A stretch of 64,000 nucleotides of DNA from Nitrospiraceae bacterium (GCA_037442105.1 JBBIQV010000011.1:1-64000); one strand, 5' to 3'. Shown: positions 1 through 10,287, counted from the stretch's first letter. Notes: generated from the letters alone by a model not told the origin. A program made the numbers and translations.

Positions 1-54
1 AGCATCGCCTTGCCAAGGCGAGGGTCGCGGGTTCAAATCCCGTTTCCCGCTCCA
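1..54 (+). tRNA. tRNA-Gly(GCC), 5' end truncated by the window edge
   Basis: Anticodon arm TCGCC-TTGCCAA-GGCGA, T-arm GGTTCAAATCCC, and acceptor end TTCCCGCTCCA with encoded CCA. Confidence 0.95.
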
Positions 55-307
55 TTTTTTCTCTTTCAAGACCTACGAACGATTCAGGGAAGTCGGCCCC
101 CCCAAAAGCTCCTCACCATGTTCAAGCGAACACGCCGGTTTTTCCGAGCCTGTCTACCCATGCCAGCCATGGCAGATAGTTAGTCACTCGCCCGCCTGCC
201 TTGTTGGGGGCAGGTCTACCCGCACGTCTCTCACCGCGTAACGAACGGCAATCTCAGGCAGGTTTGTAGGGAGCGGAGAAGGACTATCGAAGGAGAATCG
301 GGATCGA

Positions 308-2518
308 TCAGGAAAGGTATTTGGAGCGAGCAGGTCGCCCGATGGTACGGAGGTTCCGGAGAAGATCTTCCGCCAACACTAAATCGTCGGCAGTCAAAGG
401 GGCATGACCGAATCGGACTCTGCAATAAAGGCGGATCAACGTCTCGACTTGTGGGCCAGCTTCCTGCCAGTGGCATCTCACCAGCTTGAGGAGTTCGGTC
501 GGGGTCGTGCTGGCCGATTGCCGAATGCCGTGCGAGGTGACCACCCGCATCATCCGCCGATAGAGCTGAGTAACGGTCGCTTGTTGTACGGAGGCAGAAT
601 GTTTCCTGCCAGCCAACCGCCACGGTTTCCTTATAACGAGCCATCCGAGAAGAGTGCATCCGACCCCAACGATAAGCAGCATGAGCCCAAGCTGAAGCAA
701 GTTGAGGGTCGTCGACATGCTCGTCAGCACAGCGAGGCCTACAGAAACCGGCGCGAGCAGAGTGATCAGCGATTCGGAGAATTTTGATCTCAACGTATCA
801 CCACTCTCGCGAATTCCCTGCACGACAGCCATCTGGTCGCTGCCACTGTACTGGACGAAGAACCGGTCCCATCGCAACCGAACCGAGTCCATCATCCGTC
901 CGAACGATACCCACCAGAGATCGGATGGCACCCCTCCTGCCGTCGGAGTGGGATCGACGGTGATCCAACCTGACAGCGGGAAAAACACCTCGACCCATGC
1001 GTGGGCATCCTGCTGCCGTACCGTGAAGTAGTTGCCGAAGTCGTTCCACTCGGTGGCAAGAAATCCCGTGACCAACCGCGCGGGGATACCGGCAATCCGC
1101 AGCATGATGACCATAGCTGTGGCGTAGTGTTCGCAATAGCCGGTCTTGCGCTGGAAAAGGAACTCATCGAGCGGCCGAACTAAGACCGGTGAGCCCACAT
1201 CCAGGCTGTATCGATAATTCTGCAAGAGATGCTCCTTGATCCTGGTGATCCGGTCATGCGGGGTTTTTGCGTTCCGGATGATCTGATGTGTCAGCTCCAT
1301 GATCTGTGCGCTAAGAGGGGGAAGCTGAAGGTATCGCTTCCGGATCGTGTCAGGGTATGGGATCGATAGTGCCGCACGTTCTTCAGGCATGAGTCGATTG
1401 ATCCGGGACGCGACTTCATATGGGACGCGCGATCCTGAGGGATAAGAAAGGTACAGGGCTCCCATCGTGTCGATCTGAACTCCCAGCAGTTCGCCGGTGA
1501 TGGTCTCGACAGACGGGGCGCCGAAGAGCACCGGAGTATCCAAAGGTTCCAGAAGAATTGCCTGCCGCAGAATCGGCGAACGCTGTTGAACCGATCCTCC
1601 CGTGAGGCCTCCACGCACCCTGAAAGTCCCCACCGGCAGCTCGGCGAGCAATCGTCGGTGTGTAAAACTGTTGCTCCACGAGTTGCCGGAATAGTGGTCA
1701 TAGGCCATGCCGCGCAGGTACAACCGCTCGGCATGGTCGCTCGTGAAATCGGGCAGTTCGACTCGCATGACCACACTGGGATCCAGCTTGATCGAGCCAA
1801 TGGCGCCGAGATCGACCCTCTCGGAAAAGCCGGACATACGCAACCCCTCGCCCCTGCTTTTCTGGAAGAAGCCGGCGCCGATGCGCGGAAGAGCGAAGAA
1901 AATCACCAGGGTGAGGCCAAAGGCGCCCACCGCCATACCGTTCGTCGTCCAAAAAAACCGTGCGGTGATCCGGCTCGTCGCCCGGAAGCGTTCGATAGAG
2001 CCGCTTCTCTTGACACTGTGGGATGCGGACTCTTCCGTCTCTTTCGTCAGATGATAGAGCAAGAGCGTCCATACGGCGGCAAGCAAGTAGGCGAGGAAGA
2101 TCGAAGCAAACCATACCTTGTTCGTCAGGGCCGCTGACGCGAGGATCGTCATCAGGCTGATCGCATACAAATGGAGAAAGTCGCGCCGCTGGTGCAGATT
2201 AAACAGCTTGTTGACCATGAGCGCGATCAAGAAGTGGATGCCGGCTGAGAGGAGGTTCTGCGAGATCCAGAGCAGATCGATCCAGAACCCGACAAACGCA
2301 AGAATCAGCAGAATATTCCATGTCGTTGCGGAGAGGCGCGTGACCGCCGAGATGCGCTGAAACAGGCTGACCCCGATCGTCCGCAGGAAGCTCACCACCA
2401 GCACCAGACCGCCGGCCATCAGCACCCAGGCCGACGGCACGCCGGCCAATGCCAGGCCGGCGTAAGCTGTTGCCGCCAACAAGATAGAGCTAACGCGAAA
2501 GGCCAGATTCAGCGGCAT
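308..2518 (-). CDS. Membrane transglutaminase-like protein (TgpA type: DUF3488 + transglutaminase core + DUF4129-like tail)
   Basis: 736 aa with N-terminal TM helices; catalytic motifs GYCEHYA, HAWVEV and VDPTP. Confidence 0.9.
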   Translation of the reverse strand: MPLNLAFRVSSILLAATAYAGLALAGVPSAWVLMAGGLVLVVSFLRTIGVSLFQRISAVTRLSATTWNILLILAFVGFWIDLLWISQNLLSAGIHFLIALMVNKLFNLHQRRDFLHLYAISLMTILASAALTNKVWFASIFLAYLLAAVWTLLLYHLTKETEESASHSVKRSGSIERFRATSRITARFFWTTNGMAVGAFGLTLVIFFALPRIGAGFFQKSRGEGLRMSGFSERVDLGAIGSIKLDPSVVMRVELPDFTSDHAERLYLRGMAYDHYSGNSWSNSFTHRRLLAELPVGTFRVRGGLTGGSVQQRSPILRQAILLEPLDTPVLFGAPSVETITGELLGVQIDTMGALYLSYPSGSRVPYEVASRINRLMPEERAALSIPYPDTIRKRYLQLPPLSAQIMELTHQIIRNAKTPHDRITRIKEHLLQNYRYSLDVGSPVLVRPLDEFLFQRKTGYCEHYATAMVIMLRIAGIPARLVTGFLATEWNDFGNYFTVRQQDAHAWVEVFFPLSGWITVDPTPTAGGVPSDLWWVSFGRMMDSVRLRWDRFFVQYSGSDQMAVVQGIRESGDTLRSKFSESLITLLAPVSVGLAVLTSMSTTLNLLQLGLMLLIVGVGCTLLGWLVIRKPWRLAGRKHSASVQQATVTQLYRRMMRVVTSHGIRQSASTTPTELLKLVRCHWQEAGPQVETLIRLYCRVRFGHAPLTADDLVLAEDLLRNLRTIGRPARSKYLS

Positions 2519-3659
2519 AGCTGGGCTCGGAATGCGTGGCGAGATCGAGAATTCGGTTCACGTTACCACAGGCGGCTACGATTTCTTCATCCGACCAGGG
2601 GAGCACGGCCATGACAAACTCATCCGGGGACACACTCTGCATCAGCGAACGGAGCGCACTGAGAACCCAATTCCTATCCGAAGGGAGACGGCGCTGGCAT
2701 AGTGCGAGCGCACGAAAGAGGCCTCCCAGCGTGTCGAAATCGGTCTCTGCCGGGACCTCCTCGTGACCGACAAGAGCCCGCACGGTAAATGCGCGCGCTT
2801 GAAAAAACGCGGCCAGAGAGGCGGTGAGGGAGACAGCCCGTTCAAATTGCTCGTCGTGCGAGTCTGGAGCAATCGTCGACAGCACGAGCGTCACCTGGCG
2901 CTGTCCCTCCGCGGCGGTTTCTTTGATGATCAGTTTGGCAGTCCGTGCGGTGGTCATCCAATGGATGGCGCGCGAATCGTCGCCCGGTAGGTAGAGCCGG
3001 AGATTATGCAGATCCACGCCATGCCCACGCCGAGGAAGCATCCCGCCCTGTCCATCACCGGTCAGTTCGAGGAGCAAGTCATCCGGGAGCGGTGTGATCG
3101 CAGGTCCCACAAGCACCACGTGCTCCGCCGGATAGAACGCCTTTTTGAGGAAAAGACCAAAGGGAAAGGGAGTGAGCGCACGGATTCCTTGCAGACGATA
3201 CGGCCCCCTTCGCTTGACCAGGAGAGGATACGAGAGTAACGCCGAGGACTGCGCGGGCAAATGCGGCACATGCAGGCCGCGGTCAAGATCGTCCCCATCC
3301 ACGACGTCCAGTATCCGCAGGGAGAAACTCGGCAGCCGCAGCTTGCGATTGGCGATCGACAAGCTGACCGTAGTGGGCTCGTTCGCCACAAGCGAGTCGG
3401 GGAGGTACCGATGAAACTCCAGCCGCCGAAGACACTGTTCGGAGAGCAATCCGGAGATCACGATAAGACTCAGCATCATGGCGAGCAGCAGATAGAAGAG
3501 ATTGTTGCCGGTATTGACGGCAGCCACACCAACGGCCAACGTGAACAACAAAAAGCGGGTCCCTTCGGAGGTCAGCCTGATCGAACGATGGCGGGAGAAC
3601 CAGTGGGAGAACGAACGCAGCCGTGGAAATGTCATGGGAAGCCGCCGGCGTTCAACCAT
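2490..3659 (-). CDS. DUF58 family protein
   Basis: N-terminal TM pair (AAVNTGNNLFYLL); LRLYLPGDDSRAIHWMTTAR motif; lies between MoxR and TgpA; start may be 3635. Confidence 0.88.
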   Translation of the reverse strand: MVERRRLPMTFPRLRSFSHWFSRHRSIRLTSEGTRFLLFTLAVGVAAVNTGNNLFYLLLAMMLSLIVISGLLSEQCLRRLEFHRYLPDSLVANEPTTVSLSIANRKLRLPSFSLRILDVVDGDDLDRGLHVPHLPAQSSALLSYPLLVKRRGPYRLQGIRALTPFPFGLFLKKAFYPAEHVVLVGPAITPLPDDLLLELTGDGQGGMLPRRGHGVDLHNLRLYLPGDDSRAIHWMTTARTAKLIIKETAAEGQRQVTLVLSTIAPDSHDEQFERAVSLTASLAAFFQARAFTVRALVGHEEVPAETDFDTLGGLFRALALCQRRLPSDRNWVLSALRSLMQSVSPDEFVMAVLPWSDEEIVAACGNVNRILDLATHSEPSYAAESGLSR

Positions 3660-3723
3660 CAGTTCGACAACCGGTTTCCTGTTCCCGCTGACTGCGGACC
3701 GCTGATGGCTGACAGCTCTTTTT

Positions 3724-4665
3724 TCACAGCGGGACCGGAACCGTCTCGAGGAGATCGAGAATGATGCGTTCCGCCTGTTCGAAACTCCGGCCCTTCACCC
3801 CGAAGGTGCGATTCAGCATGATGCGGTGTGAAAGCACGGGCGGCGCCATTTCTTTAATGTCCTCGGGCAGGCAGTAGTCCCGGTGTCGCACGAGAGCGAG
3901 CGCCTTAGCCGCCTTGCTGAGCGCCAACGCGCCTCTCGGACTCACTCCCAAGGAAAGTAATTCACTGTGGCGAGTCCGCTGCGCAATAGCCAAGAGATAG
4001 TCCATCAGGCTGTCATCCATGCGAACCTTCTCGACTGCCTGCTGCAGATCCAGCACTTCCTGCACGGTCATGACGGGCTGGAGTTCATCCGCCGGATGGA
4101 GGGACCGGGACCGATCCAGAATTCGCTTCTCTTCCTCTGGTGCGGGGTAACCGATCCGCAGCCGCATCAGAAAACGGTCGAGCTGGGATTCAGGGAGAGG
4201 GAAAGTCCCATGATACTCCGCCGGGTTCTGGGTAGCAATGACCATGAACGGTTGTTCAAGCGGGTAAGTTCGGTTCTCCACGGAAACCTGCGCCTCGCTC
4301 ATGGCTTCCAGCAAGCTGCTCTGGGTCTTCGGCGTCGTGCGATTGATTTCATCGGCGAGCACGATGTTGGCAAAAATCGGTCCGGGCATGAACTCGAAAG
4401 CCTGCTTCTGGCGGTTGAAGATTGATACTCCGACGATGTCGGAGGGGAGGAGGTCGCTGGTGAACTGGATGCGTTTAAACATGCAATCCAGCGAGCGAGC
4501 CAAACTGTGCGCCAGCGTCGTCTTCCCGACGCCAGGGACGTCTTCTATCAGCAAGTGTCCGCGCGCCAGGAGGCACACCACCGTCATTTCGATCACGTGG
4601 GGCTTCCCCCTGATGACCTGCGCGATGTTGTCCTGAATAGCGCGAATGGCCTGGGCTGTGTTCAC
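3724..4665 (-). CDS. moxR: MoxR family AAA+ ATPase
   Basis: HLLIEDVPGVGKT Walker A, RIQFTSDLLPSD, LADEINR, ATQNP, LPESQLDRF; GTG start at 4665 chosen where family similarity begins. Confidence 0.95.
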   Translation of the reverse strand: MNTAQAIRAIQDNIAQVIRGKPHVIEMTVVCLLARGHLLIEDVPGVGKTTLAHSLARSLDCMFKRIQFTSDLLPSDIVGVSIFNRQKQAFEFMPGPIFANIVLADEINRTTPKTQSSLLEAMSEAQVSVENRTYPLEQPFMVIATQNPAEYHGTFPLPESQLDRFLMRLRIGYPAPEEEKRILDRSRSLHPADELQPVMTVQEVLDLQQAVEKVRMDDSLMDYLLAIAQRTRHSELLSLGVSPRGALALSKAAKALALVRHRDYCLPEDIKEMAPPVLSHRIMLNRTFGVKGRSFEQAERIILDLLETVPVPL

Positions 4666-4807
4666 GATGGAGTTATCGGTGAAAGTGGGCCAAGCTTGAT
4701 CGGTTGGCGGGCACGGTCGCAGTCTAGCAAAGGACGGAGGGAAGTCAACGAATCCGGTTTTTCGCGCGGGCAGCGGCTCCAAACCAGCGAGAGGATTGTA
4801 CGGGCGG

Positions 4808-6142
4808 TCATTCCGCCGACTTAGCCGCGCGATCGGGGACGAGGATCAAGAACCACGGCGGGGCTTCCTCCACCATATTCCGAAACATGCGAGCAGTGCT
4901 GCTGGCCGGGATGTTTTCGAAGGTCGCCCCCCGGCGTATCTCGACGTGCCGAAACCGGTACAAGGATGTATAGCCGACTGACTGATCGAGGACATGAGGC
5001 AGATCGGCTCTGATTTCGGCCACGTCGGCTAGATGCAGTGAGCCGCCGATGGGAAGCCGGCTCAGTCGCTGATAGACCTCGCCAAAGAGGGACGGAAGCA
5101 TTGAAGGAACTAGAATCTGGTTGGCAGGCCTGAACCGCGCGTCGGCGAGTAACTGCGACAGAATCTCCCAGAACACCTGCCCATCCACGGCGCCTAGGAC
5201 ACAGAGCAAGCCGCGGCGCGAGAGAAGGTCCAACAGAGCAAGGGGACCACGGATCTCAAACTTCCAGGGAGGAAAGAGTAACGAGCGGCCACTATATTGC
5301 ACCTCCAGGGCATGTTCTCCGCTCACGCGCGTCTTCCAAAAGGCCCCTTTGGTACGCCGGAGATCCTCGTGAATGAGCTCCTGCGACAAACGGGTCGGTT
5401 CGTAAGCGAAGGTCGGTGTGGCCGGAGCCCAACAGGTGGCAATGGTATAGCGGGGTGCGAGGCTGCCAGCTCGATCAAGCTGGTCCAGATCGAACATGTC
5501 TCGGTTGCCGTAAAACCGGAACTGCGCGCCGGCACGAGCGCGAAGTTGCGACAACCGGGCCGCGTCCGGATGGAGCGGTCCACCGAGTTTCGATCCCGGT
5601 GCCAGCCGATCCACACAATGGAGGATCAGCTCTTTGTGACGCGCTTCGAGTGGAGGCCCATAGTGGTCGGTTAGCTCGGCAGCGAACGAAAGGTCTCCCG
5701 CACCAAGGTCGAGCACTGAGGCTACGTCCGCCTCTAACAACAGATCGAAAGGATTCCGATGACCCTGCGCGAACTGCTCCGCCTCTATTGAGGTCAGTTG
5801 AGAGACGGGAAACGAAGGAATCGTGCGATCAACCAAACCGAATAGCACACACAACGCTCGCACCGCCTTCGTCGGTGGAAAGCCCGTCAATTCCTTGAGC
5901 TGTTCTCCGGGCAAGTCTTCGATGCGCCCGGCGAACCCTCGACCCAAGGCCCGGACCACCGTTTCCTTTAATGGGGCGGGCAGAGATGACTGCTGCACTG
6001 CAATGGCAAGCTGATCGAGCGTGCGGCGGATATGGGATGCGTCCACCAATTTGCGTGAAGCGTCCCATCGTGTATCTTCCGCTGTGCGGAGGTGAGTAAC
6101 CTGTCGCCGGAAATCGGCCAGGGTGTTCGGCTCGCGATCCAT
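4808..6142 (-). CDS. Hypothetical protein with a class I SAM-binding-like motif
   Basis: Long ORF with typical codon usage; motif SVLDLGAGD followed by LHCVD; start uncertain (6142 or 6205). Confidence 0.65.
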   Translation of the reverse strand: MDREPNTLADFRRQVTHLRTAEDTRWDASRKLVDASHIRRTLDQLAIAVQQSSLPAPLKETVVRALGRGFAGRIEDLPGEQLKELTGFPPTKAVRALCVLFGLVDRTIPSFPVSQLTSIEAEQFAQGHRNPFDLLLEADVASVLDLGAGDLSFAAELTDHYGPPLEARHKELILHCVDRLAPGSKLGGPLHPDAARLSQLRARAGAQFRFYGNRDMFDLDQLDRAGSLAPRYTIATCWAPATPTFAYEPTRLSQELIHEDLRRTKGAFWKTRVSGEHALEVQYSGRSLLFPPWKFEIRGPLALLDLLSRRGLLCVLGAVDGQVFWEILSQLLADARFRPANQILVPSMLPSLFGEVYQRLSRLPIGGSLHLADVAEIRADLPHVLDQSVGYTSLYRFRHVEIRRGATFENIPASSTARMFRNMVEEAPPWFLILVPDRAAKSAE

Positions 6143-6279
6143 GCTGGGGACTGACTCACTTTCAGTAGGCGGACAAGAAGCTCCACAGAGCGAATGCGGC
6201 AGCATACCGGCGAGGGGGAAAGTGCGTCAAGGATAGGGCTTGCTGGGAGCCCAGGCGTATGTTAGGTAGGAATCCGATC

Positions 6280-7290
6280 ATGAAACGGACGCTGCGGTCC
6301 ATCGTATCAAAAGTGCCGGCAACGGGCTTGGTGGGATGTGCCTTATTCTGGCTGTCGATGGCGGCCTGTTCCGGCCGAGCTTCGATGGCGGTTGCTTCAC
6401 TGGAGGATGTTCAGGCCGCGCGAGAGTGGGATGTCATTCAGACGAGCACCGGCCGCCTTATGCCGATGGAACAGTGGTTGGACGAACTCGCGCAGCAGGA
6501 GGTGGTGTATCTTGGCGAGGAACACCATAATCGATTCCATATTGACGCGGCCCGCAAGATCCTGGACGCCCTGCTGGCACGAGAGCGGGTACCGGTGATC
6601 GCCATTGAAATGTTCGGGTGGGATGGGCAGGCTGCACTGGATCGCTATCTTGCCGACCCAACGTGGACAAGGATCGAGTTCCTTGAGCAGTCCCGTTGGA
6701 AAGAGAATTGGGGCGGTCCGTTCGAAGACTACGAACCGTTGATGACGTTCGCCAGAGACCATCGGTTAGCGGTGCAGGCGCTGAACCCTCCGCGTCAATT
6801 GGTACGGCGTGTCGCTAAACAGGGGTTGATCGAAGCGAAAACCGATCCCGGAATGGTTCAGTGGGGGATGAAGGACGAGCTGATCATCGATGATCCAACC
6901 TATCGAGCAACGATCCTCAGACAGCTTCGTTTGTGCCACGGAGGCGGATCAGATAGCGATTATTCCGCCATGTATGAAGCCTCCCTGTTTCGGGACGAGG
7001 CGATGGCGAAAACGGTTGATGAGGCGCTGCGAAGGTTCCGCGTCACAACCGGCTCGGGGACCGGGCCGGTGTTCAGTTATACGGGTGGCGGGCATATTCA
7101 GTATCAGTTGCCGGTCCCCAAGCGCGTGGCGCGCCGACGGCCTGATGGCGTGCGCCAAGTGACCGTGTATATGACGTCCTTTCAGTCCGAACGGCGGGAT
7201 GAAGCCGCGGAACTCGTCCGGGATCGGATTGCGGATTATGTATGGCTCACGCCTCTCAGTGCGCAAGGACCACCGCGCCGGTGCCGATAA
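6280..7290 (+). CDS. ChaN/PhuW-family heme-uptake lipoprotein
   Basis: Lipobox-like MAAC; VVYLGEEHH, IAIEMF, LFRDEAMA and YTGGGHIQY motifs. Confidence 0.85.
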   Translation: MKRTLRSIVSKVPATGLVGCALFWLSMAACSGRASMAVASLEDVQAAREWDVIQTSTGRLMPMEQWLDELAQQEVVYLGEEHHNRFHIDAARKILDALLARERVPVIAIEMFGWDGQAALDRYLADPTWTRIEFLEQSRWKENWGGPFEDYEPLMTFARDHRLAVQALNPPRQLVRRVAKQGLIEAKTDPGMVQWGMKDELIIDDPTYRATILRQLRLCHGGGSDSDYSAMYEASLFRDEAMAKTVDEALRRFRVTTGSGTGPVFSYTGGGHIQYQLPVPKRVARRRPDGVRQVTVYMTSFQSERRDEAAELVRDRIADYVWLTPLSAQGPPRRCR

Positions 7291-7315
7291 GTATCGAGAA
7301 TAAGAGAGGCTGAGG

Positions 7316-8116
7316 ATGGCCTTACTCGACAATCAGCACAAACCGGAGACTGAACGAGCCCGCTTCCAGCTCTATGCTGCCGCCTGCCGGCACCTGGCTG
7401 AGGCTGATCCGGTGATGGCGCGACTCATCGCCCTGGTTGGCCCCTGTCACCTGAGGCCACGCCGCCAGTACTTCATAACGCTCTGTGATTCGATCATCTC
7501 CCAACAGTTGTCCGCCAAGGTCGCGGCGACAATCTTCGACCGTTTTGCGGCGCTCTATCCCCGACAGCGCCCGACTCCTCAAGGCGTCGCCTCGACGCCG
7601 TTACGGAAACTGTATGCGGCGGGACTTTCTCGACAGAAGGCCGAGTATCTTCAAGATCTCGCAACCGGCTTTCTTGACGGGCGTGTGGCAACCAAGCGAT
7701 TTGGTCGGCAATCGAACGACCAAATCATCGAATCACTCGTTAGGATTCGTGGGGTCGGCCGGTGGACTGCGGAAATGTTCCTGATTTTCTCTCTGAACCG
7801 ATTGAACGTCCTGCCTGTTGACGATCTGGGCATTAAGAAAGCCTTGCAGCTTGCCTATAATCTCCCCGCGTTTCCGACGCCGCATAAGATCCGGACGGTC
7901 GGGCAAGTCTGGCATCCCTTTGAGACCATTGCCTCTTGGTACCTCTGGCGAAGTCTTCAAGCTGAACCTGCGATTATTTCGTTCCCGCGGCTGCCCCAGT
8001 TTCTTGAGGACAACTTTCGGAGTTCGTCCTGGCATGCGGTTTCGCCCACCAAAACAGAACGAACGCTTGACAGCTATTGGTTTGAATGTACAGTTGAATA
8101 TGGCACGAGCTTCTAA
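7316..8116 (+). CDS. DNA-3-methyladenine glycosylase II (AlkA-like, HhH-GPD)
   Basis: SIISQQLS, IRGVGRWTAEMFL helix-hairpin-helix, LPVDDLGI, WYLWRSL. Confidence 0.92.
   Translation: MALLDNQHKPETERARFQLYAAACRHLAEADPVMARLIALVGPCHLRPRRQYFITLCDSIISQQLSAKVAATIFDRFAALYPRQRPTPQGVASTPLRKLYAAGLSRQKAEYLQDLATGFLDGRVATKRFGRQSNDQIIESLVRIRGVGRWTAEMFLIFSLNRLNVLPVDDLGIKKALQLAYNLPAFPTPHKIRTVGQVWHPFETIASWYLWRSLQAEPAIISFPRLPQFLEDNFRSSSWHAVSPTKTERTLDSYWFECTVEYGTSF
8067..8094 (+). promoter_or_regulatory. Sigma-70-like promoter of the SWIM gene
   Basis: TTGACA-16 nt-TACAGT, ending 5 nt before the ATG at 8100. Confidence 0.55.
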
Positions 8117-9029
8117 CCCCATCTTGCAAAAGAGTAAATGTATGCGAAGTGAGATCCCCTGTACCGCCGAGCACCTCAACCTCCTGGACCCTCCGATGGT
8201 GCAGTCTGTCGTGGACCCGGCTGCCTTCCAAATCGGCTACCAGTATGTCTCTGAAAATCGAGTCCGCATTGCCGAAGCCGACGAGACGCAGGTGACCGCC
8301 GCAGTCATTGGCAATTCCGGTCTCTATGAACAGAGCATCCAGCTCAAGGATGGGCATTTAGTCACCAACTGTTCTTGTACCCTTCCAGAGGATCCGATTT
8401 GCCGGCACTGCATTGCCGTACTTTTGGAATACCACCGGTGGGCGCAACCGCGTACTGCGCGCAAGGCTCGCGCATCGAAGTCGAAGGAAGTGGTCGAGAG
8501 CCCGAAGCCCGCCAATGGCGCCTCAGCCTCAGCAGACGTCAAGCTAAGCGAGATTATGAGTTTTGTGGAGTGGCTGCAGCCGGCGATTAAGACCATCGAG
8601 CGAGGCCAGGAGTTGCCGGAGATGCCCAAGCTGGGACCTGGCGAGGTCTCCACGTGGATCCAAGCCATTCGCAACCTGGAGGAACGTCGTCGGGAGAGCG
8701 AAGCCATGCAGATATCGCTGGAATCAGACATGCGGGAACGGGAGGCCTATGTTGCCCGTCTCACCCAGCAACTGCAGACATCGATCGAAGAGGTCAAGTC
8801 GACGCAAGCCGCTTGTAAGGAGTTTCAGCGCGAACTGGCTTCCTATAAGGGCCTGTTCGGCAAGATTTCAGAAATCACCAGGGAGGTCGGTCGATTTGAC
8901 GGACAGATGCGGATCATGGCCAACGACTTGGTGCAAAAAGGATCGCAGCTTGAATCCCTAGCCGGGTCTTTCAAAGAAGTGGCATCGACGCTCAAGGCCC
9001 TCTCCAAATCCTCCGGGGATCAATCGTAA
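8100..9029 (+). CDS. SWIM zinc-finger protein with C-terminal coiled coil
   Basis: CSC-x7-CRH SWIM motif; heptad-rich C-terminal half; start 8100 or 8142. Confidence 0.85.
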   Translation: MARASNPILQKSKCMRSEIPCTAEHLNLLDPPMVQSVVDPAAFQIGYQYVSENRVRIAEADETQVTAAVIGNSGLYEQSIQLKDGHLVTNCSCTLPEDPICRHCIAVLLEYHRWAQPRTARKARASKSKEVVESPKPANGASASADVKLSEIMSFVEWLQPAIKTIERGQELPEMPKLGPGEVSTWIQAIRNLEERRRESEAMQISLESDMREREAYVARLTQQLQTSIEEVKSTQAACKEFQRELASYKGLFGKISEITREVGRFDGQMRIMANDLVQKGSQLESLAGSFKEVASTLKALSKSSGDQS

Positions 9030-9182
9030 CCCTTGCCCAGTTTCTTCCGCTTTTCTCTCAGATTCTCTTGGCCCTTCAAACCGTGACGGTCAGTTCTGTG
9101 CAACCCTCTTGCACCCCTCCGATGGAATTCTGTAAAATGCGCCCCTGTTTTGCGGTCATCATTTGAACCAGGGGGGGTTGTT

Positions 9183-9368
9183 ATGAGCAGACTGGTGGCG
9201 AAGCTAATGGCAATCGGCGGTGCTGTTGTTGTCAGTGCCTCAGTGGCATTCGCAAATGAGCCCAAGAGTGGGGCACCGGACTATACCGGTATCACGGGCA
9301 TGTATTACGCCTTCATTGGGCTGGTCCTGGCCTACGGCGTGTATGACACGTTCTTCAAGAAATCCTGA
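9183..9368 (+). CDS. Small membrane protein (signal peptide plus one TM helix)
   Basis: 61 aa; AFA cleavage motif; hydrophobic YYAFIGLVLAYGVY; G-rich RBS; hairpin downstream. Confidence 0.7.
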   Translation: MSRLVAKLMAIGGAVVVSASVAFANEPKSGAPDYTGITGMYYAFIGLVLAYGVYDTFFKKS

Positions 9369-9398
9369 TCCTTCCATACGATTACATCCGCGATTCGG

Positions 9399-9439
9399 CC
9401 CCGCCTGATCCGCCCACCGGCCAGGCGGGGAATTTTATT
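9399..9439 (+). terminator. Putative intrinsic terminator
   Basis: CCCCGCCTG...CAGGCGGGG stem followed by AATTTTATT, between convergent genes. Confidence 0.6.
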
Positions 9440-9453
9440 CTGAGCCCCCCACT

Positions 9454-10230
9454 TCAAAGTGCTCGCACCTGCTTCTTAAGCAGAGGCTGGAGCGCCTTTA
9501 ACACAGTCTCAGCCACAACCTGGTAGCCTTCTGCAGTCGGGTGAATCCCGTCAGCCTGATTCAGGGATGGCTTGGCGGCCACACCTTCGAGCAAGAAGGG
9601 AATCAGCGTTACTCGATACGTGCGGGCCAAGTCGGCATACAGCGCTTCGAATTGCGTCGTGTAGTCGAGCCCATAATTGGGCGGGAGCTTCATCCCAGCC
9701 AGCACGACGGTGACCTTCTGGGCTTGGAGCTGCCGGATGATCTGCTCCAGATTCGTGCGAGTCTCCATGAGGCTCAAACCTCGAAGCCCGTCATTACCAC
9801 CCAGTTCGAGGATGACGACTGAGGGCTTGCTGTTCAGCACCCAAGCCACCCGCCGGAGCCCACCCGCCGTCGTGTCGCCGCTGACTCCTGCATTGACCAC
9901 CAGGTAAGGATAACCTGCCGCATCCAACCTCCGTTGCAGTTGAGCTGGATATGATTCGTCCGGTGCGACCCCTAAGCCTGCGGTCAGGCTATCGCCGAGT
10001 GCGACAATGCGTAGACGCTCCGCAGAAGGCTGAGCCCCCGACCGACCCCGCTCTGTCGTGACATCGGTTCCGAAACGTTGCTCCAACCTGTCTCGATGTT
10101 GACCAGCCTGCGGTGGTACGGAGGAGGGGGGCGAGTTCTGGTCGCAACCGAAGAGAATCATCGCGAAGAAGCAAGCAGACGGGAGCCGCAGCCAAGGCGG
10201 GCTTATGAAAATCCTCAAGCGGCTCATCAT
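9454..10230 (-). CDS. SGNH/GDSL arylesterase / acyl-CoA thioesterase (TesA-like), lipoprotein
   Basis: GDSLTAG, NAGVSGDT, LGGND and DGIHP blocks; lipobox LFGC; divergent from the ybbA-like gene. Confidence 0.92.
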   Translation of the reverse strand: MMSRLRIFISPPWLRLPSACFFAMILFGCDQNSPPSSVPPQAGQHRDRLEQRFGTDVTTERGRSGAQPSAERLRIVALGDSLTAGLGVAPDESYPAQLQRRLDAAGYPYLVVNAGVSGDTTAGGLRRVAWVLNSKPSVVILELGGNDGLRGLSLMETRTNLEQIIRQLQAQKVTVVLAGMKLPPNYGLDYTTQFEALYADLARTYRVTLIPFLLEGVAAKPSLNQADGIHPTAEGYQVVAETVLKALQPLLKKQVRAL

Positions 10231-10287
10231 TCTCCAGTATAATATAGCCTCCATGTTGGAAAGTAATCGCCGACCCTCGGAATCTGC

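Noticed and set aside
1..307. tRNA-Gly as an integration site for an island or prophage
   Set aside because: No integrase, no duplicated tRNA 3' end seen in the window, and downstream genes look like core genome.
8646..8661. Additional parS-like CCACGTGG cores (also near 52286-52301)
   Set aside because: Only 10-11 of 16 positions match, they lie inside CDSs, and such matches are expected by chance.
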